In this document: positions 28,214 through 37,034 of the stretch, in pieces
Layout: each line of letters starts with the position of its first letter
Numbering within the stretch: the first letter of the stretch is position 1
Origin: an uncultured Bacteroides sp.
Lineage (GTDB): Bacteria > Bacteroidota > Bacteroidia > Bacteroidales > GCA-2748055
Assembly (NCBI GenBank): GCA_964579515.1
Contig: CAZOHA010000002.1
Location: 4,027 to 68,026, forward strand
DNA length: 64,000 nt
Direction: 5' to 3'
Made by a program: the position numbers and the translations under genes
Notes under the pieces: generated by a model
The model's database searches: none
The model's input: only the letters and a program-made list of their open reading frames with translations
Told to the model about the DNA's origin: nothing

Positions 28214-30535
28214 ATGAAAAGAGCAACCCCTTTCTTTCTTGGCCTTCTTCTGATGCCGGTCCTACGGGGCCAGGAAAAAGAATTTGTTCCCGCCGAGAAC
28301 CAGTTCAGGCAGATGAGGACCGAGTTTTCCACCCCGAATGCCTACCGCACCGCATCGGGTGCTCCAGGACAATTCTACTGGCAGCAGCAGGCCAATTACA
28401 GGATCCATCTGGAGCTGGACGATGAAGAGCAGATCATCCGGGGCAGGGAGACCATCGAGTATATCAACCACTCGCCGGACGAGCTCCGCTACCTCTGGGT
28501 TCAGCTGGATCAGAATGTGAGGCAGAAAGAGAGTCTCACCCGGCTGGCATCACCCTCCACCCTGGATGAACGGATCAGTGCACGCAGCCTGGGTTCTTTC
28601 CTGGAACCTTTTGATGGCGGATTTCACATTGAATACCTGGGCGACGGTGAGGGCCGGGCACTTCCCCATACGATCAACTACACCATGATGAGGGTGGATC
28701 TGCCGGCCTCCCTCCCGCCGGGCGGTACGCAGCAGCTGGAGATCCGCTGGTGGTACCGCATCAATGATCGCATGAAGGACGGAGGGGGGAGATCCGGAAT
28801 GGAATTTTTTCCGGAGGATGACAATTACATATACATTATTGCGCAGTTCTTTCCCAGAATGGCAGTCTATAGTGAGGTGGAGGGATGGCAGAACAACCAG
28901 TTCCTGGGCAGAACCGAGTTCGCCCTGCCCTTCGGGAACTACGAGGTGGAGATCACCGTTCCCTCCGATCACGTGGTGGGGGCCACCGGTGTGCTGGTCA
29001 ATCCGGAGGAGGTCCTTGCGGGGGAAAGGCTGGAAAGATACAACCGGGCCCGGGAACATTTCGGGGAACCCCTGATGATCGTCACGGAGGAGGAGGCCGT
29101 GGCGGCGGAGAAAAGAAAATCGAAAAAGAGTTCCACCTGGAAATTCAGAGCCGAAAATGTGCGGGATTTTGCCTTTGCCAGCTCCCGGAAATTCATCTGG
29201 GATGCCATGGCGGTGAAGATCGGCGACCGGACCGCCCTGGCCGCTTCCCTCTATCCGAAAGAGGGGAACCCGCTCTGGGAAAAATATTCGACCCGGGTGG
29301 TGGCCCATACCCTGCAGGTCTACTCCAGGCACACCTTCGATTACCCCTATCCTGTAGCCTATTCCGTGCATTCCAATTACATCGGCATGGAGTATCCCAT
29401 GATCTGCTTCAACGGGGGCAGACCCGAACCCGACGGAACCTATTCGGAACGGACAAAGTGGGGAATGATCGGGGTGATCATCCATGAGGTGGGACACAAC
29501 TTCTTTCCCATGATCGTGAATTCCGACGAGCGCCAGTGGACCTGGATGGACGAGGGGCTCAACACCTTTCTTCAGGGGATCGCCGAAAGGGAGTGGGACC
29601 ATGACCATCCCTCTCCTTCGGGCAGGCCCCGGGATATCGTCGATTATATGAAGGGGGATCAGTCGATGATCGCACCCATTATGATCAACGGGGAACTCAC
29701 CATGCAGTTCAGCGCCAATGCATACAGGAAACCAGCGACCGGATTAAATATTCTGAGAGAGACCATTATGGGAAGAGAGCTTTTCGATTTTGCTTTCAGG
29801 GAATATGCCCGGCGTTGGATGTTCAAACATCCCACCCCGGAAGATCTGTTCCGTACCCTGGAGGATGCCTCCGCCATCGATCTGGACTGGTTCTGGAGAG
29901 GATGGTTTTATACCACCGACTATGTGGATATCTCGCTGGACCGGGTGACCCGCTTTGAACTTGCTTCGGGTGATCCGGCCGATGAAAAGGAGTGGCAGGG
30001 GGCCCGTGAGGAGGCTATTCCGGAAGAGATCGCCGTGCGGCGCAACAGGGCATCGCTTCAATCGGTTGTGGAGGCTGATCCCTCCATGCGCGATTTTTAC
30101 AACAGCTACGACCGCTTTGATGAGACGCCGGAGGACAGAGATGCCTACCTCCGGTTCCTGGACGATCTTACGCCACAGGAGAAGAAGTGGATCGCCGCCG
30201 GAGGATATTTCTACCAGCTCGATTTTTCCAATCTGGGAGGGCTGGTGATGCCGCTGATCATCCGGTTCGAATTTCATGAAGGAGAGGCTGAACTGGTGCG
30301 GATTCCCGCCCGGATTTGGAGCCGGAACAACCTGAAAACCTCCAAAGTGTTCCGGTTCGACCGGGAGGTCCGGGCCGTGACGCTTGATCCCTTCCTGGAA
30401 ACCGCCGATTGTGATGTGTCCAATAACCACTGGCCCAGGAAGATACAGGAGAGCCGCTTTGAACTTTACAAACGACGGACGCAACGGCAGCAGACCAATC
30501 CCATGCAGGAGGCGGAGCAGACCGGTAACCGCTGA
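28214..30535 (+). CDS. M1-family zinc metallopeptidase (secreted)
   Basis: HEVGHNFF plus WMDEGLN (HEXXH-x18-E) and GMEYPM. Signal peptide MKRATPFFLGLLLMPVLRGQ. The ORF-track start at 28196 is TTG; the first ATG is 28214. Confidence 0.88.
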   Translation: MKRATPFFLGLLLMPVLRGQEKEFVPAENQFRQMRTEFSTPNAYRTASGAPGQFYWQQQANYRIHLELDDEEQIIRGRETIEYINHSPDELRYLWVQLDQNVRQKESLTRLASPSTLDERISARSLGSFLEPFDGGFHIEYLGDGEGRALPHTINYTMMRVDLPASLPPGGTQQLEIRWWYRINDRMKDGGGRSGMEFFPEDDNYIYIIAQFFPRMAVYSEVEGWQNNQFLGRTEFALPFGNYEVEITVPSDHVVGATGVLVNPEEVLAGERLERYNRAREHFGEPLMIVTEEEAVAAEKRKSKKSSTWKFRAENVRDFAFASSRKFIWDAMAVKIGDRTALAASLYPKEGNPLWEKYSTRVVAHTLQVYSRHTFDYPYPVAYSVHSNYIGMEYPMICFNGGRPEPDGTYSERTKWGMIGVIIHEVGHNFFPMIVNSDERQWTWMDEGLNTFLQGIAEREWDHDHPSPSGRPRDIVDYMKGDQSMIAPIMINGELTMQFSANAYRKPATGLNILRETIMGRELFDFAFREYARRWMFKHPTPEDLFRTLEDASAIDLDWFWRGWFYTTDYVDISLDRVTRFELASGDPADEKEWQGAREEAIPEEIAVRRNRASLQSVVEADPSMRDFYNSYDRFDETPEDRDAYLRFLDDLTPQEKKWIAAGGYFYQLDFSNLGGLVMPLIIRFEFHEGEAELVRIPARIWSRNNLKTSKVFRFDREVRAVTLDPFLETADCDVSNNHWPRKIQESRFELYKRRTQRQQTNPMQEAEQTGNR

Positions 30536-30543
30536 GAATTCGT

Positions 30544-31536
30544 CTATCCCAGAAGAATGTTGTCCACAGCGGCCAGATCGTCCCTGGAAAATTCCAGCTT
30601 CTGAAGGGTGGCCACATTCGTTTCCAGCTGTTCCACCGAACTGACACCCACCAGGACCGAGGTGACCCGGGGACGGCTCAGCAGCCAGGAGAGGGCCATC
30701 TGGGAGAGCTTCTGGCCCCGCTGTCCGGCCAGCTGGTTCAACGCCTTGATCTTCACAAGGGTCTCCGCATCGAGATGGGATTTTCTGAGGAAAATGCTGC
30801 TGCCGCCCATCCTGGAGTCTTCCGGAATCCCCTTCAGGTATCTGTCGGTCAGCAGTCCCTGGGCCAGGGGACTGAAAGGGATGCATCCCATTCCTTTTTT
30901 ATCCAGCACATCGAGCAGTTCCTCCTCCACCCACCGGTCGAACATGTTGTACCTGGGCTGGTGGATCAGGCAGGGCGTCCCTAATTCACGGAGGATCGTT
31001 GCGGCCTTTTCGGTTTGCGCTGCGCTGTAATTGGAGATTCCCGCGTAAAGTGCCTTCCCCTGCTGAACCGCCGAGTGAAGGGCCGTCATGGTCTCCTCCA
31101 GGGGAGTTTCGGGGTCGGGCCGGTGGGAATAGAAGATATCCACATATTCAAGGCCCATTCTCAGCAGGCTCTGGTCGAGACTGGAAAGCAGGTACTTGCG
31201 GCTTCCCCATTCGCCGTATGGCCCTTCCCACATCCGGTATCCGGCTTTGGTGGAGATGACCAGTTCATCGCGGTAGCCACCCAGGTCCTCCCTGAGTACC
31301 CTGCCGAAATTGGATTCAGCGCTTCCCGGCGGGGGGCCGTAGTTGTTGGCCAGGTCGAAATGAGTGATCCCCAGGTCAAAAGCCCTGAAAAGGAGTTCAC
31401 GGATCTTACTCAGGTCTCCGGTCCCCCCGAAATTATGCCAGAGTCCCAGGGATAAAGCAGGCAGCAGCAATCCGCTGTTCCCGCACCTGTTATACTTCAT
31501 GGTCTGGTATCGGTTACCCGATGCAACATAAGACAT
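30544..31536 (-). CDS. gpr: Aldo/keto reductase, YghZ/Gpr-like (L-glyceraldehyde-3-phosphate reductase type)
   Basis: 330 aa. NRYQTMKYNRCGNSGLLLPALSLGLWHNFGG closely parallels the E. coli YghZ N-terminus. Confidence 0.8.
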   Translation of the reverse strand: MSYVASGNRYQTMKYNRCGNSGLLLPALSLGLWHNFGGTGDLSKIRELLFRAFDLGITHFDLANNYGPPPGSAESNFGRVLREDLGGYRDELVISTKAGYRMWEGPYGEWGSRKYLLSSLDQSLLRMGLEYVDIFYSHRPDPETPLEETMTALHSAVQQGKALYAGISNYSAAQTEKAATILRELGTPCLIHQPRYNMFDRWVEEELLDVLDKKGMGCIPFSPLAQGLLTDRYLKGIPEDSRMGGSSIFLRKSHLDAETLVKIKALNQLAGQRGQKLSQMALSWLLSRPRVTSVLVGVSSVEQLETNVATLQKLEFSRDDLAAVDNILLG

Positions 31537-31576
31537 AGGTTATGAGTTTTGGTGGAACAATATCATCGAATATGGA

Positions 31577-32269
31577 TCATCGTTTCAGAACCGGGATCTT
31601 ATAACCCACCGAATAGGTGAAACCGACCCCCCGGTTCGTGGTGCCCGACCCGAAACCGGGAATCAGCTGGGGGGTCACCAGCGGATCCATGGCTGGATTG
31701 ATCAGGATCCGGTAGCGGAGGTTCCAGCCGAGAAAAAAATTGGTCAGCACTTCCGTCCTGATCCCAGCCACCAGTTCGATCCAGTGACCGGTGAGTGTGC
31801 GGCGGTAGGAATCGAGCAGATAATCTCCCCAGTACTCCCCGGGTATCACCACCTCCCCGGCCCGGTGGGTGAAGAAAGAAACCCCGTACCGGAGTCCCCC
31901 GGTAATGTCATGATGTACCGACCTGTCTTTCCGGGGAAGCAGGTTGTAATCGGCACCGGCCCGGAGGTACACTCCCCCGGAGCTGTAATTGAAAGTCTCC
32001 GTTTCCTCGGAGATGGTACTGTATCCCAGTTCGACCACCGGGTATAGGTTTCTGTATACTTCCGCATCGACCGAGGCCTCCGCCCCCAGCTCGGCCGGGT
32101 CGGACAAAAGGTAACCCACCCGGGCCAGATCGAGCGAAAGCCTCGGACCGTAAGTCCGGAGGGTATCCTGACCGAACGCGGTCACCGGGAGCAACCAGAG
32201 CAGGATACCGATCACCGCCTTTTCAGAAATATATCCAGATATGCTCTTCATTCTGTTCCATCTCTGCAT
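31577..32269 (-). CDS. Predicted outer-membrane beta-barrel protein of unknown function (recalls DUF6048)
   Basis: 230 aa. Signal peptide ...LLPVTAFGQD. Alternating aromatic/Gly strands. Overlaps the upstream lipoprotein gene by 47 nt (29 nt if started at ATG 32251). Confidence 0.6.
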   Translation of the reverse strand: MQRWNRMKSISGYISEKAVIGILLWLLPVTAFGQDTLRTYGPRLSLDLARVGYLLSDPAELGAEASVDAEVYRNLYPVVELGYSTISEETETFNYSSGGVYLRAGADYNLLPRKDRSVHHDITGGLRYGVSFFTHRAGEVVIPGEYWGDYLLDSYRRTLTGHWIELVAGIRTEVLTNFFLGWNLRYRILINPAMDPLVTPQLIPGFGSGTTNRGVGFTYSVGYKIPVLKR

Positions 32270-32693
32270 CCACCTCGGCCTTCACCACCTCCACCCGGTC
32301 GATCAGAGTTCCGGCGAACCGTACCTGTCCGATGGTGAAAAGGGTGGCAAATCCGCAATTATAGGATATCAGATAATACTGGTTGGTATGGGGAATGGTC
32401 AGTGTATCGCTCCCGGTTCCGGTCCTGATCACGAAACTGGAAAACTCCCTTTCCGGATTGAGGGGAAGCACCACCCGGGAAGCTGAAACGGAGTCGTATA
32501 GCAGACTGTCGGGCATCTGACCACGCAGTCCGAAAAGGGTCAGCCCTGTAAGGACGGTATCGGGGGCCGTGGCCACCCCACCGTTCTTAAATCTCGCCAC
32601 CAGTTCCGATTGACCGGTATCTCCGCATATATCCAGCGTGGTGCAGGCCACAGTTAAGGGAATGAGCATCCCGAGGGCGATTCGGATATTCAT
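32223..32693 (-). CDS. Small lipoprotein of unknown function (recalls DUF6452)
   Basis: Start taken at ATG 32693 (MNIRIALGMLIPLTVAC, a lipobox). The longer ORF-track start at 32771 lacks a signal peptide. Confidence 0.6.
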   Translation of the reverse strand: MNIRIALGMLIPLTVACTTLDICGDTGQSELVARFKNGGVATAPDTVLTGLTLFGLRGQMPDSLLYDSVSASRVVLPLNPEREFSSFVIRTGTGSDTLTIPHTNQYYLISYNCGFATLFTIGQVRFAGTLIDRVEVVKAEVDAEMEQNEEHIWIYF

Positions 32694-32777
32694 GTGAAGG
32701 ATATGCAGGTACAAAGATGGAAAAAGTGACGCCAACTCCCAAACGGCATCCGGCGAATCACCGAAAATCACCGCGTG

Positions 32778-32834
32778 TTAACTTTATATTAACTTATCAT
32801 TAACTGTACGTAAATAGTTCACGTTTTCTTAACT
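32778..32834 (+). promoter_or_regulatory. Three TTAACT direct repeats at exact 11-bp spacing (plus a fourth copy 29 bp later) in the DUF6452/CHAD divergent intergenic region
   Basis: TTAACTT-TATA / TTAACTT-ATCA / TTAACTG-TACG start at 32778, 32789 and 32800. A fourth TTAACT starts at 32829. They lie 46-102 nt upstream of CHAD ATG 32880. Confidence 0.45.
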
Positions 32835-32879
32835 TGCATCAGCGGTTTAGGGATTCTCTTGAAAGGATTTGAACTCGAT

Positions 32880-33767
32880 ATGGAACTTCCCGTGGAGGAG
32901 GGCTTCCGGAATGTGATCGGTCGCAGTATCGGTTACATGAAGGACCAGATCAGTGGTCCGGAAAATTTTCATCATTCCATTCATGAGTGCCGGAGGACCT
33001 GCAAGAGGATCAGGGCGGCACTGAAGATGATCAGAGACGAGACCGGTTATGGTAACTACTTCAGGGAGAACAGGTTTTACCGGGATCTCAGCCGCCGGAT
33101 GTCCGGTCCGAGGGACGATTTTGTTCTGCTTCAGAGCGTGGGTGAGCTGGAGCTGAAAAATCCGGGGGTGTTCGGGAAGGAAACTCTTACCCCCCTGAAG
33201 GAACTCCTATCGGAACGTATCGAGGAGAGGATCGCAGAGTTTTCGCTAACACATGGAGGATTCGAGCAGGTGCTGGAGGATCTGGAAGTTGCGGAGGAAA
33301 GGATCAACCATTACTGCCGGCTGAGAAATAATTTTGCCTCCATGAAATCCGGGATGCAAAGAGTATACAGGAAGGGATACCGGTTCAGCATAAAGGATCG
33401 TATCAGGGAATCGATGGAGGGATTTCACGAATACCGGAAACAGACCAAGTACCTGCTTTATCAGATGGAGCTGATCAGTCCGGTTTTTCCGGATGTCCTG
33501 AATGCCTACACCGGGGCTCTCGACAAACACGCTGAACTTTTGGGCGATACACGTGATCTTGACCGGTTGGAACTCTTTCTGATGGAGCAGCCGGAGGGGT
33601 TGATCCGGCCACAGGCCACAGAGAAACTGATGGGGCTGATCCGGCTGAAACGGCGAAAACGGCTGAAAAAAATCCTCCGCAAATCACCTCTGGTATTTGC
33701 CGAAAAACCGAAACAGTTTGTTAAAAGGCTTGAATCGTACTGGGAAATAACGCATCAAAATAACTAG
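32880..33767 (+). CDS. CHAD-domain protein
   Basis: About 295 aa, all-helical. SIHECRRTCKRIRAALKMIRDE and FHEYRKQTKYLLYQMELI...LGDTRDLD match the conserved His/Arg/Lys CHAD repeats. The ORF-track start at 32859 is TTG. Confidence 0.75.
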   Translation: MELPVEEGFRNVIGRSIGYMKDQISGPENFHHSIHECRRTCKRIRAALKMIRDETGYGNYFRENRFYRDLSRRMSGPRDDFVLLQSVGELELKNPGVFGKETLTPLKELLSERIEERIAEFSLTHGGFEQVLEDLEVAEERINHYCRLRNNFASMKSGMQRVYRKGYRFSIKDRIRESMEGFHEYRKQTKYLLYQMELISPVFPDVLNAYTGALDKHAELLGDTRDLDRLELFLMEQPEGLIRPQATEKLMGLIRLKRRKRLKKILRKSPLVFAEKPKQFVKRLESYWEITHQNN

Positions 33768-33777
33768 ATCAGGAATA

Positions 33778-34767
33778 ATGACTGAAAAACAAAAAAAGCA
33801 GTTCGGAGCACAGAAGGCTGTCATGAATGTGATGGAAAAACATCTGGTTTCATGGCAGGAGGTCACCGAGTTGCAGAGGAAGTATGATCTTTTTGTAAAG
33901 AATCTTCAGAAGATCGAAAATGCGGTCCGGGTTCTGGACAAGGAGGTAAGTCCGTTGAAAGAAAAGAGGGCTGATTCCAGGAAGAAGCTGGTGGAGCAAC
34001 TCTTTCCGGTCACCGGTGTTATGGGTGTTTATGCTTATGATACCGGCGATAAAAAACTGAGGAAGCTGGCCGATCGAAAATTCAGTGAGATGGAGGAGAT
34101 GAAATCCGGGGCACTGGACCTATACAGCGGAAGGGTCCTGAAAAAGGCCGGTCAGCTGATGGCAATGAAAAAAGAGGATTCTAAGAAGTCACCCGGCCGG
34201 CTCATTACGGAATACGGACTCACGCAGGATCATCTGGAGCGTCTGCGAAGTGCCCGGGAGGCTTCTGCCCGGGAGAGCGCCTCGGTGAAGCAGCTGAAGT
34301 CCGACCGGGAACAGAATTCGCGTATACTCGGAAAAGCGATCAGGGAGAATGATCAGCTTTTAAAGAGGAGGATAGACCGTATGATCCACCTATTCAGGGA
34401 TACAGCGCCTGTCTTCTATACGGAATACCAGGAGGCAAGAGGAGGAGGCGGGAAGGCCCCGGTGAAAGCAAGGAAAACAGCGCCGGTAAAAGCCGGTAAA
34501 CCCCCGGCAACGGGCAAATCGGCGGCGACCGCCGAACCCGCTTCCGCAGGCCAATCAGCAACGACCGCCAGACCCGCTTCCGCAGGCAAAGCGGCTGCAA
34601 AGGGCAAATCCACTGCTGATCCGGCCCGGGAAAAGGCGGAGGCTCCGAAGCCGGGCAATGTGGTCAGGAAGCCTGCACAAAAGAGAGCAGGCGCAGGCCG
34701 GCCGGCATCCGGGAAACCCCGGCCCCCGAAAACTCAGGCTCCGAAAACTCAGGGAGGGAAAAGGTAA
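33778..34767 (+). CDS. Hypothetical coiled-coil protein with C-terminal Lys/Ala/Pro-rich histone-H1-like tail
   Basis: 329 aa. About 220 aa of charged helical sequence are followed by a ~105-aa basic low-complexity tail (KAPVKARKTAPVKAGKPPATGK...KPRPPKTQAPKTQGGKR). Lies 10 nt downstream of the CHAD gene. Confidence 0.65.
   Translation: MTEKQKKQFGAQKAVMNVMEKHLVSWQEVTELQRKYDLFVKNLQKIENAVRVLDKEVSPLKEKRADSRKKLVEQLFPVTGVMGVYAYDTGDKKLRKLADRKFSEMEEMKSGALDLYSGRVLKKAGQLMAMKKEDSKKSPGRLITEYGLTQDHLERLRSAREASARESASVKQLKSDREQNSRILGKAIRENDQLLKRRIDRMIHLFRDTAPVFYTEYQEARGGGGKAPVKARKTAPVKAGKPPATGKSAATAEPASAGQSATTARPASAGKAAAKGKSTADPAREKAEAPKPGNVVRKPAQKRAGAGRPASGKPRPPKTQAPKTQGGKR
34522..34593 (+). repeat. Imperfect tandem 36-bp (12-aa) duplication inside the basic tail
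   Basis: gcggcgaccgccgaacccgcttccgcaggccaatca and gcaacgaccgccagacccgcttccgcaggcaaagcg encode AATAEPASAGQS and ATTARPASAGKA. Confidence 0.8.
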
Positions 34768-36996
34768 TCACTCCGCAGGTTCCTTTTCTGTTTCAGCCTG
34801 CATGAGATTCTCTTTCAGCCAGCGAAGATATTCCGTATAGAGATAGATCTGGCTGTTCATATCCCAGGCGACCCCGTGGTCACCCGGAGGAAAAATTTTC
34901 AGATCGAACTCTTTTCCGCTGTCGATCAGTGCCCTGACAAACTGAAAAGTGTTTTGCGGATGGACGTTATCATCCATCAGCGAATGGACCAGCAGCAGCT
35001 TTCCTTCCAGTCCCCCGGCATGCTGTACCATCGAACTCTCCTGATATCCCTCCCGGTTATCCCCGTAAAGACCCATATATTTTTCGGTGAGGATGCAGTC
35101 GTAATTGAGGTGGTCGGTGATAGCCGCTGTGACGATCCCGGCACGGAAGACCTCCGGGTGTTTCAGCAGACCTGTTCCGGCGGAAAACCCTCCGAAACTA
35201 TGGCCCATGATCCCGATCCGCTCACGGTCGATCCAGGGCTTTTCTGCCAGGTGGAGCGCAGCCTCGGCAAAATCGCGGGTTTCCCATTTGCCCAGCTGGC
35301 CATGGACGACCTTCTCGAAGCCGGCTCCGTACCCCCCGTTCCCCCGGTTATTGATATTGGCCACCACAAATCCCTGCTGGGCCAGGTACTGGGTCCATCC
35401 GCCCGATTCGAATGAGTTGAAAACTCCCTGTGATCCCGGACCTCCGTAAACGCTCAGCAGGAGCGGGTATGTGGCCGAGGGATCGAAATCCATGGGTCTT
35501 ACCAGGTAGCCGTCGATCTTTTGTCCGTCGCTGGCGGTGAAGGTGAACAGCTCCCTGCCGGCATAGGCATACTCCTCCAGATGGGCGGTCGTGCGCTCGT
35601 TACCTGCCAGCCGGGTGACCAGTTTTCCGTTGCCACTCCTCAGGTCGGTCCGGGAGGGGGTTTCCGTATCGGAATAGGTATCGATGAAGTAGGCTCCCGA
35701 GGGAGAGACATCGACCCGGTGATTTCCGGGCTCACCGGTGATCCGCTCTTTTTTCCGGCCGTTGAACCGGACCGTGTAGAGGTTTCTTTCCAGCGGCGAG
35801 ACCTCGGTGGAGAGGTACCAGAGCTTCTCCCTTTCCGGGTCGATCGCCTTGATCCCGATCACTTCGAAGTTACCGGAGGTCACCTGCTTCAGCAATTCAC
35901 CCCCGTAGGAATAGTGGTATATGTGAGAATAACCGTCCCGGTCGGAAACCCAGAAAAAAGAGTCGGTCTCCCTTGGAAAATAGAGCAGGTGCAGTTCCCC
36001 GGCGAAGAAATCAAAAATATCGATCCACGCATCGGATCTCTCTTCCAGGATCACCTGTTTCTCTCCGCTTTTCACATCGATCAGATAGAGTTTCATATGG
36101 TCCTGCGGACGGTTCATCCAGACCACTGCCAGGGTATGCTCCCCGGAGGTCCAGTAAATCCGGGGCATATAGCCACCCATGGGGTCCAGGTTCAGCCACT
36201 TTTTTTCACCCGTCTCCACGTCGATCACTCCCAGCCTCTCTCTGGGGGGGTCGTCGCCCACCTTGGGATAGGGGATCTCCATGTAATCGGGATGCTGCCC
36301 TTCGAAATCGGTCAGCCGGTATACCGGAACCTCCCGCTCGTCGGTCTGCCAGAAGGCGATGTAACGGCTGTCGTTCGACCACTCCCAGGCCTGTACCAGA
36401 CCGAATTCCTCCTCGTTGGCCCATCCGAACCGCCCGTTGTAGAACTTATCGGCCCCGTCGAAGGTGAGCTGCCGGTGCGTCTGTGAAGCCAGATCGAATA
36501 CGAAAAGGTCGCCCTCTTTCCCGTAACCCACTTTGGTGCCGTCGGGCGATACCTCGGCGGTGAATGCATCCTCCACCACGGGTTGCATCGACTGTTGATC
36601 CAGCGACCAGAGGTAATAATCGGCGTTGCCCGAGTAGCGCCATATGGGACGGAACCGGGTCTGGAACAACATATGACTGTTATCTGCGGTCCACTCGAAC
36701 GAACGGTACCGGAACGCCTCCTCGCTCTCCGGGAAGGTCAGTCCTTCACTGGTGAAGACCTTCTCCTCGCTCTGGCTGTCCGGATGGTAGACCCAGATCT
36801 CCTGGGCACCGGCCTCCCTTTTGGTGAATGAAAAACTCTCGCCCCCGGCCATCCAGCGGACCCCGGCGGGGCCACCGTCGCCTCTCAGGCTCGACCCCGC
36901 ATACAGGGCCTCGACCAGGGAACTGTACTGTTTCTTCTGTGCCGCAAGACTGATCGATAACAGGATCAGGATAACAAGGGAACCGATTCTTTTCAT
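34768..36996 (-). CDS. S9-family serine peptidase, dipeptidyl-peptidase IV-like (beta-propeller plus alpha/beta hydrolase)
   Basis: Start taken at ATG 36996 (MKRIGSLVILILLSISLAAQ). The nucleophile elbow is GHSFGG and the C-terminal region has DDNVHP and GDHG. The stop codon abuts the stop of the convergent gene. Confidence 0.88.
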   Translation of the reverse strand: MKRIGSLVILILLSISLAAQKKQYSSLVEALYAGSSLRGDGGPAGVRWMAGGESFSFTKREAGAQEIWVYHPDSQSEEKVFTSEGLTFPESEEAFRYRSFEWTADNSHMLFQTRFRPIWRYSGNADYYLWSLDQQSMQPVVEDAFTAEVSPDGTKVGYGKEGDLFVFDLASQTHRQLTFDGADKFYNGRFGWANEEEFGLVQAWEWSNDSRYIAFWQTDEREVPVYRLTDFEGQHPDYMEIPYPKVGDDPPRERLGVIDVETGEKKWLNLDPMGGYMPRIYWTSGEHTLAVVWMNRPQDHMKLYLIDVKSGEKQVILEERSDAWIDIFDFFAGELHLLYFPRETDSFFWVSDRDGYSHIYHYSYGGELLKQVTSGNFEVIGIKAIDPEREKLWYLSTEVSPLERNLYTVRFNGRKKERITGEPGNHRVDVSPSGAYFIDTYSDTETPSRTDLRSGNGKLVTRLAGNERTTAHLEEYAYAGRELFTFTASDGQKIDGYLVRPMDFDPSATYPLLLSVYGGPGSQGVFNSFESGGWTQYLAQQGFVVANINNRGNGGYGAGFEKVVHGQLGKWETRDFAEAALHLAEKPWIDRERIGIMGHSFGGFSAGTGLLKHPEVFRAGIVTAAITDHLNYDCILTEKYMGLYGDNREGYQESSMVQHAGGLEGKLLLVHSLMDDNVHPQNTFQFVRALIDSGKEFDLKIFPPGDHGVAWDMNSQIYLYTEYLRWLKENLMQAETEKEPAE

Positions 36997-37034
36997 GAAA
37001 AAGGTATTGAGTGATATGATATGAACAGACAAAT

